From the NCBI GenBank assembly GCA_050250375.1, contig JBFWOS010000002.1, positions 901,149-965,148 of the forward strand: DNA of 64,000 nucleotides. The letters run 5' to 3'. This document shows, in pieces, positions 8,818-19,224 of this stretch. The DNA comes from Candidatus Omnitrophota bacterium. GTDB taxonomy: Bacteria; Omnitrophota; Gorgyraeia; Zapsychrales; Zapsychraceae. Every line of letters starts with the position of its first letter. The first letter of the stretch is position 1. Position numbers and translations under genes: made by a program. The notes under the pieces were generated by a model that saw nothing but the letters and a program-made list of their open reading frames with translations, had not been told where the DNA came from and made no database searches.

Positions 8818-9864
8818 CTACCACTCCAAGGCGCCTCCTGTCTGATATTCCGTGACCCGTGTTTCAAAGAAATTTTTTTCTTTCTTTAAGTCAATGATTT
8901 CACTCATCCACGGGAACGGATTTTCAGAACCATAATATTTAGGTAAGCGCAACCGCTCAAACCGGCGGTCAGCGATGTATTGAATATACTGTTTTAAAAG
9001 ATCGGTATTCAGGCCCAAAATACCGTTAGGCAGGCATTCCTCTGCATATTTATGCTCTAAATCAACCGCGACCTGGATAAACTTAACAATTTCATCTTTA
9101 AACGGCTGATCCCACACATCCGGATTTTCGTCAATGATTGTATTGATCAACTGCAATCCGAAATTCATGTGAATACTTTCATCCCGGAGAATATATTGAA
9201 TCTGCTCACACGTTCCAGGAAGCCGGTTTTGCCGGCCGAACGATAACATGGTGACAAAGCCGCTGTAAAAAAATATTCCTTCTGTAATCCCATAAAAACC
9301 AACAAGATTTTTAATAAATCTCTGCAATCCCCGTTTAGTCTTGGTATCCAGATTTGGATCAAGAATTCCATCGGTACAGCTCATGGTGTATTCATCTTTA
9401 TTGTAAATGGCCTCGACTTCCCGGTACATATTGAACATTTCCCCTTCATCCAAAGATAATGACTGCACAATGTATTGAAAGGCATGAACATGAATGGCTT
9501 CTTCAAAGGCCTGACGGAGAAGATATTGCCTGGCCTCCGGATTATCAATGATCTTGTAGACGGCCAGGACCAGGTTATTACCCACCAAAGTTTCAGCAGT
9601 GGCAAAAAAACCAAACGTTCTCTTGATAACATGTCTTTCTTCAGGCGTAAACCCCTGCGGATTCTTCCACTGTTCAATATCCCGCTGCATGGAAACTTCC
9701 TGAGGCATCCAGTGATTTGCACAACCATCCAGATAATAATTCCAGGCCCATTTATACTTTATCGGAACCAATTGGTTGCAATCAACGGTGCGATCGTTGT
9801 TAACAATCCGCTTATTATCGGCGGTCATGCGGGCTTTTGACATTTTGATGCAAAAATCTGACAT
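8818..9864 (-). CDS. nrdB: Ribonucleoside-diphosphate reductase beta subunit (class I, R2)
   Basis: Ferritin-like diiron protein with EEAIHVHAF and ESIHMNFG motifs and a C-terminal ...YQTGGALEW tail typical of R2. Confidence 0.9.
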   Translation of the reverse strand: MSDFCIKMSKARMTADNKRIVNNDRTVDCNQLVPIKYKWAWNYYLDGCANHWMPQEVSMQRDIEQWKNPQGFTPEERHVIKRTFGFFATAETLVGNNLVLAVYKIIDNPEARQYLLRQAFEEAIHVHAFQYIVQSLSLDEGEMFNMYREVEAIYNKDEYTMSCTDGILDPNLDTKTKRGLQRFIKNLVGFYGITEGIFFYSGFVTMLSFGRQNRLPGTCEQIQYILRDESIHMNFGLQLINTIIDENPDVWDQPFKDEIVKFIQVAVDLEHKYAEECLPNGILGLNTDLLKQYIQYIADRRFERLRLPKYYGSENPFPWMSEIIDLKKEKNFFETRVTEYQTGGALEW

Positions 9865-9915
9865 TTACAACTCCAATCTAGGTTTCGATTTTATATCTGA
9901 TGGAATCAGCCGCCA

Positions 9916-12900
9916 TTATTGACAGGCTTCACAATCCTCAGTTGGTTCTACACTCAATTGGGCCTCTTCGTCCTGATGATCATTGCCTGTAACACGGCCG
10001 AAATCATCCCGTTCACGCTGGCCAACGGTGTTGCTATAACGGGTTACATCAACTGTACTTTTTTCAATACGAGTTGCGCTCATTGACCGGAGATAATAGG
10101 TTGTTTTCAACCCCTTTTCCCAGGCCATCATGTACATATCACTGACTTTTTTTCCGCTGGGTTTGGCTTGATACAAATTAAGAGATTGCCCCATGTCAAT
10201 CCATTTTTGCCGCCGGGCAGCAGCTTCTATAATCCACTCATAGTCAATTTCAAACGCAGTTGCATATTTGCGTTTTAACCCTTCCGGGATGCGATCAATT
10301 TCCTGGACACTTCCATCAAAATATTTCAGGTCATCAATCATTTCCTGATCCCAAAGATTCTCTTTCTTCAGATCAGCCACCAGATACTCGTTTAACACAG
10401 TGAATTCACCGGACAGGTTACTTTTTACAAATATATTTTTGTAAATAGGCTCAATGGACGCTGTTACCCCTACGATATTGCCAATCGTCGCCGTCGGCGC
10501 AATCGCCATAATCAGACTATTACGGATCCCGTGTTTTTTCAATTCTTCGCGCACCGGGTTCCAGTCCATCCGCATCCGCGGATCGACTTCAACATACCCG
10601 CCGCGTTCTGTTTCAAGAAGCTTCAATGTGTCAATCGGAAGCATTCCCATATCCCATTTTGAACCGCGGAAAGTCGAATACGCCCCTTTTTCTTCAGCCA
10701 GCCGGATTGAAGCCATAATCGCATAATACGATACAGCCTCCATGCTTTCATCGGCAAATTCAACGGCTTCCCGAGATGCGTAACTCAAATTCTGAATAAA
10801 AACGGCGTCCTGAAAACCCATAATTCCTAAACCAATTGGTCGATGTTTCTGATTAGCCCGTTTGGCTTCCGGCGTTGGATAAAAATTAATATCAATAACA
10901 TTGTCAAGCATCCGGACAGCGGTCATTACGGTTTGTTCCAGTTTTTTATGGTCAATCTTACAATCAGACGTGAGGTGTTGGGCAAGGTTCACTGAACCAA
11001 GATTACAAACGGCTGTTTCTTCGACAGAAGTATTTAACAGGATTTCAGTGCAAAGGTTGGAACTGTGTACGGTACCAACATGGCTTTGGGGGGATCGAAT
11101 ATTAGACGGGTCTTTCCAGGTTATCCAAGGATGTCCGGTTTCAAAAAGCATATTTAGCATTTTTCGCCATAGGTCAACAGCCGGAATAATTTTAAAATGA
11201 CGGATTTTACCTTGCTGGGCCATTCTCTCGTAGTGTTCATAACGACGTTCAAATTCCTTACCATAAATATGATGCAAATCACTGACATCGTTTGGACTAA
11301 ACAGCGTCCAATTTGCATTTTCTTTCAAACGTTTCATAAACAAGTCCGGTATCCAGCTCGCGGTATGCATGTCATGGGTTCGGCGGCGTTCATCACCTGT
11401 ATTTTTCCATAACTCGAGAAACTCTTCGATATCCAGATGCCATACTTCAAGATAGGCACACATTGCACCTTTACGTTTGCCTCCCTGATTAACCGCGAGC
11501 GCAGTATCGTTCGCAACTTTTAAAAACGGAATTACTCCCTGGCTTTTTCCGTTTGTGCCTTTGATCCTTGACCCCATGGACCGGACATTCGTCCAATCAT
11601 TACCAAGGCCTCCGCTCCATTTGGAAAGCATGGCGTCATCCTGGATACATTTAAAAATATGGAATAAATCATCATTGATGGTTGTTAAATAACAGGACGA
11701 CAACTGCGGATGCCTGGTGCCTGCATTAAATAATGTCGGTGTCGATGATGTAAAACGGAAGGTCGAAAGCATATTATAAAACTCAATGGCTTTTTCATTT
11801 TTATTCTTGCCTTCTCTGACCGCAAGCCCCATGGCAACCCGCATCCAGAATATCTGAGGCAATTCCAGACGACGGTCTTCCCAATGAAGAAAATAACGGT
11901 CATATAATGTTTGCAGTCCAAGATATCGAAATTGAAAATCTCTTTTAGGTTGTAAAGCCGCACCAAGATGTTTTAAGTCAAACTGCAACAGATCCGGAGT
12001 CAACAATTCCAGCTCAACGGCCCGGTGGACATAGTCCGCAAAATAGATCGGATATTCAGTTTTGATTTCTTCAAAACTGGTAACCCGTCTGAGCGCCTCC
12101 CGGTATTCTTTCAACAACAACAAGCGCGATGCGGCAAACGTATAATTCGGCTCTTTTTCAAGAAATGATTTAGCCCCCATAATGTTGGAAGCTTCAATCT
12201 TTTCTTCGGTGATTCCGTTATAATAATTTTTGAGCGATTCTTCTAAAATCTTGTCGGCGTCAACGTTGTCCAGCCCCTGGCAACATGTTTCAATTTGAAA
12301 ACGGATTTCATCCAGATCAATCGGCTTTTCCTCACCATCATTGGTCCGGTATTTCAGATTACGGGCCCATTCAAATGTTTGCGTGGATGTTCTTTGCAGT
12401 TTTTCCGTCCGACGGGCTTTCGCTCGCCCTTCCCGGTAAATAATAAAACTTCGGGCGACTTCATGAAACCCTGAAGTCATCAGGTTCTTTTCAACCAAAT
12501 CCTGTATCTCTTCAATATGCACACAACGACCTTCAGGCCAAGTTGTCAAAATTTCATTAATTACGGTGTCCGAAACTTTCTTGGCATGCTTGAGTAATTC
12601 CTCGCTTAAAATGCCGTTATTGTGAGCTCGAAACGCCATGGCGACCGCCATTGTTATTTTTTCCGGTTTGAACGATACGACCTTCCCATTGCGTTTGGTC
12701 GTTGTATAAAGTTCAAAAAGAATCCTGCGGGAGGCATGCTGTTTCCTGTAATTCGCATATAATTCCGCGGCTTCTTTAAAACCATTTTCATAAAGCTGGC
12801 GAATCACCTCATCTTGAATTTCTTCAACGGTTAATTGCTTGCTTTCAAGCCAACGTTCTGTCAATACAGACAAAACTCTTTGCGCTACAAGATCCGTATG

Positions 12901-13062
12901 CCGCGCATCAACGATGGATAATTCTGCTTCGCGGGGCAGTTTTTTTTGTTCCTTCAATGCATTACCGATCGCTTTTATTATCCGGGCTTCATTAAAAGCA
13001 ACCACTTGTCCGTTTCGTTTGTAAACTTTCATTTCCAAACTTGTTGAGATTTCATTGGACAT
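9916..13062 (-). CDS. nrdA: Ribonucleoside-diphosphate reductase alpha subunit (class I, R1) with multiple N-terminal ATP-cone domains
   Basis: 1048 aa with two clear ATP-cones (VYKRNGQVVAFNEARIIKAI; KRNGKVVSFKPEKITMAV) and possibly a degenerate third. Catalytic core motifs are NLCTEI and a C-terminal CEAC Cys pair. Confidence 0.9.
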   Translation of the reverse strand: MSNEISTSLEMKVYKRNGQVVAFNEARIIKAIGNALKEQKKLPREAELSIVDARHTDLVAQRVLSVLTERWLESKQLTVEEIQDEVIRQLYENGFKEAAELYANYRKQHASRRILFELYTTTKRNGKVVSFKPEKITMAVAMAFRAHNNGILSEELLKHAKKVSDTVINEILTTWPEGRCVHIEEIQDLVEKNLMTSGFHEVARSFIIYREGRAKARRTEKLQRTSTQTFEWARNLKYRTNDGEEKPIDLDEIRFQIETCCQGLDNVDADKILEESLKNYYNGITEEKIEASNIMGAKSFLEKEPNYTFAASRLLLLKEYREALRRVTSFEEIKTEYPIYFADYVHRAVELELLTPDLLQFDLKHLGAALQPKRDFQFRYLGLQTLYDRYFLHWEDRRLELPQIFWMRVAMGLAVREGKNKNEKAIEFYNMLSTFRFTSSTPTLFNAGTRHPQLSSCYLTTINDDLFHIFKCIQDDAMLSKWSGGLGNDWTNVRSMGSRIKGTNGKSQGVIPFLKVANDTALAVNQGGKRKGAMCAYLEVWHLDIEEFLELWKNTGDERRRTHDMHTASWIPDLFMKRLKENANWTLFSPNDVSDLHHIYGKEFERRYEHYERMAQQGKIRHFKIIPAVDLWRKMLNMLFETGHPWITWKDPSNIRSPQSHVGTVHSSNLCTEILLNTSVEETAVCNLGSVNLAQHLTSDCKIDHKKLEQTVMTAVRMLDNVIDINFYPTPEAKRANQKHRPIGLGIMGFQDAVFIQNLSYASREAVEFADESMEAVSYYAIMASIRLAEEKGAYSTFRGSKWDMGMLPIDTLKLLETERGGYVEVDPRMRMDWNPVREELKKHGIRNSLIMAIAPTATIGNIVGVTASIEPIYKNIFVKSNLSGEFTVLNEYLVADLKKENLWDQEMIDDLKYFDGSVQEIDRIPEGLKRKYATAFEIDYEWIIEAAARRQKWIDMGQSLNLYQAKPSGKKVSDMYMMAWEKGLKTTYYLRSMSATRIEKSTVDVTRYSNTVGQRERDDFGRVTGNDHQDEEAQLSVEPTEDCEACQ

Positions 13063-13170
13063 GCATGAACTCCTTTACCTTGGGCATGTTAAATTTTTGA
13101 TATTTTGCGAATGCCTGTTAAATATTTTCATAAATTATTGAAAATAAGGCATTTAAAAAATCCTTAAAAA

Positions 13171-13214
13171 CACTACATATGGAAGATTATTTTGGAGCAA
13201 TACTATATATAGTA
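13171..13214. promoter_or_regulatory. Candidate tandem NrdR boxes upstream of nrdAB
   Basis: Perfect 14-bp palindrome TACTATATATAGTA at 13201-13214. An imperfect copy CACTACATATGG sits at 13171-13182, about 31 bp away (roughly three helical turns), in the AT-rich nrdA 5' region. This resembles the NrdR box consensus and spacing. Confidence 0.45.
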
Positions 13215-13316
13215 GTCTAATTTAAAACGAAATCAAGAAAAATCTTGTAAATTTTACTGAAAAAAAACAAAATTTTACCGTCGGAAACCCATCATTACGT
13301 TAAAAATCGTAAAAAA

Positions 13317-13937
13317 TTAACGAATAGCCGATGAATACAGACTGGAAACTTTATCCCAATTAATAATATTAAAAAAGGCTGAAATATAATCTGGCCGTCG
13401 ATTCTGATAATTTAAATAATACGCATGCTCCCAGACATCTAGTCCGAGAATAGGCGCACCTTTGCATTCAGCAACGTCCATGATTGGATTATCTTGGTTG
13501 GGGGTTGAACAGACTTTAAGTGATCCTTCACTGACACATAACCATGCCCACCCGCTGCCAAAACGATTAACCGCAGCGTTGGAAAATTGTTCTTTAAATT
13601 TATCAAAAGACCCAAACGTTTTATCGATCGCCTTTGCCAAATCTCCACTTGGTTTACCCGCACCCTTGGGGGTAAGTAGTTCCCAAAAAAGAGAATGATT
13701 ATAATGGCCGCCACCATTGTTCCTGACTGCACCCCGTTTATCTTCGGGGATAGCAGAAATCTTTGAGATCAACTCTTCAATGGATTTTGCTTCAAACGGG
13801 GTTCCTTCAATGGCCGCATTAAGCTTGGCCACATACGCTGCGTGATGTTTTCCATGATGGATTTCCATCGTTTTAGCGTCGATGTGTGGCTCCAAAGCAT
13901 TAAACGCGTAAGGTAATTTAGGAACAGCGTGCGCCAT
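13317..13937 (-). CDS. sodA: Fe/Mn superoxide dismutase
   Basis: [10 protein letters not shown] and DVWEHAYY metal-ligand motifs. 206 aa. Confidence 0.9.
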   Translation of the reverse strand: MAHAVPKLPYAFNALEPHIDAKTMEIHHGKHHAAYVAKLNAAIEGTPFEAKSIEELISKISAIPEDKRGAVRNNGGGHYNHSLFWELLTPKGAGKPSGDLAKAIDKTFGSFDKFKEQFSNAAVNRFGSGWAWLCVSEGSLKVCSTPNQDNPIMDVAECKGAPILGLDVWEHAYYLNYQNRRPDYISAFFNIINWDKVSSLYSSAIR

Positions 13938-13979
13938 GATTAACTCCTTTTTCTTTTAGAAAATTAAAGACATTTTAAA

Positions 13980-14492
13980 TTATATTTTTTTCACAGCATT
14001 TAATACGTCGGAATAATCCGGTTCCGTCGTAATTTCTGGAACGATTTGTTTGTATCGTAAAACACCGTTTGTATCAACGATCAGCACAGCACGGGCTAAC
14101 AAACGGATCCCCTTAACCAATAGCCCATAAGCCTGGCCGAAGGCCGCTTCACGGTGATCTGACAAAGTAATTACTTTATCCGAACCGGTTGCCCCACACC
14201 ATCGTTTTTGGGCAAATGGTAAATCCATGCTGATTGTCAATATGACCACGTTTTCGCCTAGCGTTTGTGCTTCTTTGTTAAACCGTTTGGTCTGTAAATC
14301 ACAGACAGGCGTATCAAGAGACGGTACGACAGAAATAATTACTGTTTTACCTTTTAAGGACGATAATTTAAAATCAGAAAGATCTTTAGCGGTCAGAGTA
14401 CAATCAGGGGCGTCTGAACCTACTTTAAGATCCGGTCCGACTAATGTAACCGGATTGCCTTTCATTGTAACGGCTGATGTAACTTGTGGCAT
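13980..14492 (-). CDS. tpx: Thiol peroxidase (atypical 2-Cys peroxiredoxin, Tpx)
   Basis: GSDAPDCTL N-terminus and the SLDTPVCDLQTKRFN peroxidatic Cys context. The start is trimmed to MPQVT. Confidence 0.85.
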   Translation of the reverse strand: MPQVTSAVTMKGNPVTLVGPDLKVGSDAPDCTLTAKDLSDFKLSSLKGKTVIISVVPSLDTPVCDLQTKRFNKEAQTLGENVVILTISMDLPFAQKRWCGATGSDKVITLSDHREAAFGQAYGLLVKGIRLLARAVLIVDTNGVLRYKQIVPEITTEPDYSDVLNAVKKI

Positions 14493-14533
14493 ATCTACTC
14501 CTTTTCTTTCAAACACACCTGTGTCGATTTAAT

Positions 14534-15202
14534 TTATTTTTGCTCAAGCAAAGTTGAATTGTATAATAGTCCTGCCAAAACACCGCCGGCCACTGGCCCC
14601 ACCCAATACAACCAGAAATTCTGTAAACCACCACCCAATAGGGCAGGCCCTAAATGACGAGCAGGGTTCATGGCCGCTCCAGTAACCGGACCACCAATCA
14701 GAATATCCATGGCGACGGCCAACCCGATAAATAAAGGGGCCGTTGCGGGACCGCGTTTATCCACGGCAGCTCCATAAATCACAAATACCAGAAAAAAAGT
14801 CAAAACTATTTCCATGAGTAACCCTGCGCCGACTCCTACACCATCAGCTAAAGCCGGTGTTCCCATCCCAACAGCAGCCAAGACTTCACCGGCAAAGCAT
14901 ATTTTAACAAAAACGGCAGCAGCGATTCCAGCCAGACATTGCGCGATCACATAACCGGTGGCGTTAACTCCGTCAATTTTTTTAGTTACAAGCATGGCTA
15001 TTGTAACAGCCGGATTTAAATGCCCTCCGCTGATAGCGGCTGTAGCGGCAACCATCGTTGCTATGGCTAACCCATGGGCCATTGCGATACCCAATAATCC
15101 GGTTTGACCGCCATTGATATGGTTCCCCGCGATGGCTCCGACGCCAACAAAAACAAGAGTAAAAGTTCCGATAAATTCTGCGATGAAGGCTTTAGTATTC
15201 AT
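14534..15202 (-). CDS. aqpZ: Aquaporin / MIP family channel
   Basis: Two NPA boxes (HLNPAVT and MNPARHLGPA) and six predicted TM segments. 222 aa. Confidence 0.85.
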   Translation of the reverse strand: MNTKAFIAEFIGTFTLVFVGVGAIAGNHINGGQTGLLGIAMAHGLAIATMVAATAAISGGHLNPAVTIAMLVTKKIDGVNATGYVIAQCLAGIAAAVFVKICFAGEVLAAVGMGTPALADGVGVGAGLLMEIVLTFFLVFVIYGAAVDKRGPATAPLFIGLAVAMDILIGGPVTGAAMNPARHLGPALLGGGLQNFWLYWVGPVAGGVLAGLLYNSTLLEQK

Positions 15203-15391
15203 TGATATCCTTAATAATAATAATTTTTTACGTAGTTTCGTTTGGAAGGTTTATTTATCATACTAAAATTGAAGCGTTTGTCAACCAAAATAGCCCCGTC
15301 AAAAACATCGAAAAACTTGTTCACCGGATTAGTTCTGATATAATGTTTAAATTACACCATTTTTTATAATAAATTCTTATCGAGGAGAAAT

Positions 15392-15805
15392 ATGTACAGT
15401 TATCAAACAAAAATTAAGCTTCATGAGACCGATGCCGCCGGCTTGCTTTTTTTCAGCAATCAATTTAAATTGATCCACGATGCGTATGAATCGTTGCTGG
15501 AAACCATCGGTTTCGGATTCGCAGAACTTTTAAAAAATAAAACATATTTCCTTCCGATCGTACATGCGGCCAGTGATTTTAAAGCCCCCCTTTTCGTAGG
15601 TGATATTATCAAAATCACAGTAACCGTTGAAAACATCGGGACAACGTCCTTTACCTTTGGGTATCGAATCACCAACACAAAAAACATTCTGGTCGGTACG
15701 GCTAAAACAGTTCACGTCACGATGGACAAAGCCAGTCAAAAAAAAATCGCCCTCCCAGCGGATATGCGGGATAAAATCAGAGAGTTGTACGAACAAGATC
15801 ATTAA
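15392..15805 (+). CDS. Hotdog-fold (4HBT-type) acyl-CoA thioesterase, candidate 1,4-dihydroxy-2-naphthoyl-CoA thioesterase
   Basis: 137-aa 4HBT-like sequence (HETDAAGLLFFSNQFKLIHDAYE). Its stop overlaps the menE stop convergently, at the edge of the men cluster. Confidence 0.6.
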   Translation: MYSYQTKIKLHETDAAGLLFFSNQFKLIHDAYESLLETIGFGFAELLKNKTYFLPIVHAASDFKAPLFVGDIIKITVTVENIGTTSFTFGYRITNTKNILVGTAKTVHVTMDKASQKKIALPADMRDKIRELYEQDH

Positions 15806-17247
15806 ATTGCTTTGACCAAGACAGAAGAATTTTCTCTCAACAGGGATTCCAGATTTCTCCGATTTATTTTCATCGCCGATGGCTCAGGCTCCGGAATATA
15901 AAAAAACTCGTCTGGAATTTTATATTTCTCGAGATGAATTTTCAGATGAGCGATCAGTTTTTTCCGGCTGAACCGCTTCCCCTGTAACATTTTAACAAAG
16001 GCGACTGGACGGCAACCATATAAAGGATCGGCTTTTGAAACAACCACTGCCTGCTCGATCATGCCGCTTTGAAGAATCTCACGCTCGATTTCTTCCGGGT
16101 AAATATTTTCTCCACCGGAGATAAACATATTATCACGCCGGCCAATAATCTTTAAACCAGAACCTTTGGTCAAAAGACCTAAGTCGCCTGTTTTAAACCA
16201 CCCCTCTTTATCGACTACCTTTTTTATATGACCGTTAACATAATACCCCTTAAATAAGGTTTTCCCCTTCACCAAAACATTCCCATTAGAATCAATTCTC
16301 AATCGGCGATATGGCAAAATCCTGACGGGACCGGCCTCTTTCATGCTTAAAATCTTTTTGCTTGTCGCAACTTGTGAGCTCATCTCCGTTAAACCATAAC
16401 TTACATAGATGGGTAATCTTAATTCCCGGGCTGTTTGAAAAGCGACCGGATTGGCCGCACTTCCTCCAATCAGAATGCATTTCATGGTAGAAAGGAACTT
16501 CCGGCAACGCGAATCCTTCAGGCACTTGATCAATTGCGTTGAGACTAAAGATATATGGCTGGGTTCGTACTTTTTTAAATTCCGGACTAAATCAGTTCGG
16601 TCATCCATTACAGAAAGGCTTGCTCCGGCCATAAACACCCGCCATAAGACACTTAATCCGGCGACATGATAGGCCGGCAGGGAAAGCATCCATTGGTCCC
16701 CCTTAATCAGCGGTATGTGACGGTTCGAACCGAGCGCACTGTAATAATGATTCTCAATCGTATGGACAACGGCTTTCGGAGTTCCTTCGCTTCCTGAAGT
16801 AAACATAATATTTGAAGTACTATTTAAGGCATACCTGCCAAAATCTGATTCTAATGGACTATCCTGTTTTATAAGATCCTCGCAAACGAGGCATTTAATG
16901 GATAAAAACTCCTTTAGATTATTTTGCAAGGTTAGTAGAACCAGGCAATTTAAATTGATAAGCACTTTTTCAACCACGCCGAGCGGAAACCGCATGTTTA
17001 AAAGAACAGGAACCGCCCCCGCCCTCAGTAAGGCAAAATATATAACGATAAAAGTAATGCCGTTTGGCAAATACATACCAACTTTTGTTTTTTTATTAAT
17101 TCCCGATAAAGTTAATTGATAGGTAGTCTGCCGGATAAGTTGCTCCAAGCGAGAATAGGTAACTGGGCCGGAGTCCATTAAAATGGCCGTCTTATTCTTG
17201 CCTGCCGATAAAGCAATCTTGTTAATCGGACACTGGATATATTTCAT
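15802..17247 (-). CDS. menE: o-Succinylbenzoate--CoA ligase (acyl-CoA synthetase family)
   Basis: AMP-binding motifs IMFTSGSEGTPKAV and YGLTE. 481 aa. Translationally coupled to menC. Confidence 0.8.
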   Translation of the reverse strand: MKYIQCPINKIALSAGKNKTAILMDSGPVTYSRLEQLIRQTTYQLTLSGINKKTKVGMYLPNGITFIVIYFALLRAGAVPVLLNMRFPLGVVEKVLINLNCLVLLTLQNNLKEFLSIKCLVCEDLIKQDSPLESDFGRYALNSTSNIMFTSGSEGTPKAVVHTIENHYYSALGSNRHIPLIKGDQWMLSLPAYHVAGLSVLWRVFMAGASLSVMDDRTDLVRNLKKYEPSHISLVSTQLIKCLKDSRCRKFLSTMKCILIGGSAANPVAFQTARELRLPIYVSYGLTEMSSQVATSKKILSMKEAGPVRILPYRRLRIDSNGNVLVKGKTLFKGYYVNGHIKKVVDKEGWFKTGDLGLLTKGSGLKIIGRRDNMFISGGENIYPEEIEREILQSGMIEQAVVVSKADPLYGCRPVAFVKMLQGKRFSRKKLIAHLKIHLEKYKIPDEFFYIPEPEPSAMKINRRNLESLLRENSSVLVKAI

Positions 17248-18338
17248 TAGATTTTTATCGACTGGAGTAATTCAAAATTGATATCTGATGTTGTCACTCG
17301 CCTGGTTCCGATTTCCATTTTACCACGGACAACATCCAGAGGACTGAGCAGTAAACTATCAGTAAACCACTTGGCCGTATCCAGGCCGGCGGCGTTATTT
17401 CGGAACGAACAACCCGCCAGATTGGCCAAGGTTAACAAACCAATAGACGACTCGAAGATCGAACTGATCAGCGTATTTAGACCCAACCGCTTAGCGTCCC
17501 TGAGTATCTTCCAGGTTTTTTCTATGCCCCCGATCACAGATGGCTTGAGAACTAGGACCTCTACCCCTTCAATGTGTTTAATTTGCTCAAACTCATTTGT
17601 CTGGAGCGATTCATCCAGTGCGACAGGGATTGTTGTTTTATGAAAAAATTCCGGTATTTGTTCAATATCCTTAAACGGCTCTTCAATATAATCGACCGCA
17701 GCCAGACCAACTTCATTCCCAAAATAAACAGCTTCGTTCAAAGACCAGGCCTGATTCGCATCCAGATGCAACAAGGCTCGGCCATTGATAAGCTCATTCA
17801 GGTCCCGGACCAATTTAATGTCTTCATCAATATCCTTCTGTCCGACTTTTAATTTTAACGCAGAAAAACCATTTTCAATTAATAGTTTGGTCTGGCTGAT
17901 AATTTCTGTCCGGTCCCCTTGCAACAATCCGTTAATCGGTATATGACTGTGCACACTTTCAGATAAAAGTTCTTTCAAAGTCCGCGAACGAATATTCGCC
18001 AAAAGATTCAAAAGCGCCATTTCAATACCAAACATGGTTGAAGGCTTCAATTCAAAATTCCCCAACCAATCCTGAAATCGCCCATTGAGACCTTCCAATC
18101 CTTCCGGAACCGGATCAGACAACAAAAAATGCCGGACGGATTTAAATTGCGTTAAAACATCATCCAACGATTCCAGGCTGAACCCTTGCAAGGGAGACAT
18201 CTCCCCGTAACCCGTAAACCCGGCTGCAGAGAATTCAAGAATATACCCACGCCGGATTTTAAGACTTTCCGATTTAATTTTAATCGGACGCCTAAGGTTT
18301 AAATCAAAAGAAAAAATCTTTATGTTCTCTACATTCAT
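17247..18338 (-). CDS. menC: o-Succinylbenzoate synthase (enolase superfamily, MR/MLE subgroup)
   Basis: Enolase-superfamily metal ligands (KLKVG; LHLDANQAW; IEEP; VLKPS). Lies between menA and menE. Confidence 0.8.
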   Translation of the reverse strand: MNVENIKIFSFDLNLRRPIKIKSESLKIRRGYILEFSAAGFTGYGEMSPLQGFSLESLDDVLTQFKSVRHFLLSDPVPEGLEGLNGRFQDWLGNFELKPSTMFGIEMALLNLLANIRSRTLKELLSESVHSHIPINGLLQGDRTEIISQTKLLIENGFSALKLKVGQKDIDEDIKLVRDLNELINGRALLHLDANQAWSLNEAVYFGNEVGLAAVDYIEEPFKDIEQIPEFFHKTTIPVALDESLQTNEFEQIKHIEGVEVLVLKPSVIGGIEKTWKILRDAKRLGLNTLISSIFESSIGLLTLANLAGCSFRNNAAGLDTAKWFTDSLLLSPLDVVRGKMEIGTRRVTTSDINFELLQSIKI

Positions 18339-19219
18339 CGAATCCAGCCTATTGAAAAAAGAACACTGTAAACCAGCAAAACCACTCCGGTAAAGGCCAA
18401 CGTCTTATTCAAAATAGGACCTTCGACCGAGGAAAACACTGCTTTGATTCCCGGCAAAGAAATTAACCCAACACTCGACGCGTATAAAATAAACACGTGA
18501 TCATGAATCAGTAAATAAATTATCACCGGAAGCATCGCCGCCAACAGAATTGCTCCGGCATATTCGTATTGTGCAAACGTACGTCCAAACCTGACGGCAA
18601 GCGTTTTTTTTCCGCTACGACGATCACTTTCAATATCCCGGTAATTATTCACGGCTAATATGGCCATTGATATTAAGCCAGGTCCGAGGCCAGCCAAAAC
18701 AACGGCGTAATTCAGTTCAATCGCCTGTAAGTAATACGTTCCTCCAACGGCAACGGGACCGAAAAATACCAGGACAAAAAGATCCCCTAAACCGACATAC
18801 CCCAAAGGACGCGGCCCGGCTGTATAAAAGATCCCGGATAAAATAGATACAATTCCCAGCACGGCAATAGACCATCCTCCCCGAATAACCAGAATCAGAA
18901 AACACACCATCGATAAGGCGAATACTACGATAAAAGCCCATTTAACCGTCTGCGGTTGGATTAATCCGGATTGGGTGACCCGAACCGGTCCAATGCGATC
19001 GGCTGCATCCGTACCTTTTTTATAATCATAATAATCGTTGGCCAGATTGGTGCCGATCTGAATTAAAAGAGCCGTAAGAAGACAAAGTATCGCTGTCGGA
19101 AAATGCGACAGCCCGTCCCCAAAGGCCATGGCGGTGCCAACTAAAACCGGGGCAACGGCCGCCGTTAATGTTTTTGGCCGAAAAGCCATGATCCAATGTT
19201 TGACAGTCGGTCTGTTCAT
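18335..19219 (-). CDS. menA: 1,4-Dihydroxy-2-naphthoate polyprenyltransferase
   Basis: UbiA-family integral membrane protein with the NDYYDYKKGTD aspartate-rich motif. Confidence 0.85.
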   Translation of the reverse strand: MNRPTVKHWIMAFRPKTLTAAVAPVLVGTAMAFGDGLSHFPTAILCLLTALLIQIGTNLANDYYDYKKGTDAADRIGPVRVTQSGLIQPQTVKWAFIVVFALSMVCFLILVIRGGWSIAVLGIVSILSGIFYTAGPRPLGYVGLGDLFVLVFFGPVAVGGTYYLQAIELNYAVVLAGLGPGLISMAILAVNNYRDIESDRRSGKKTLAVRFGRTFAQYEYAGAILLAAMLPVIIYLLIHDHVFILYASSVGLISLPGIKAVFSSVEGPILNKTLAFTGVVLLVYSVLFSIGWIR

Positions 19220-19224
19220 CTTGA

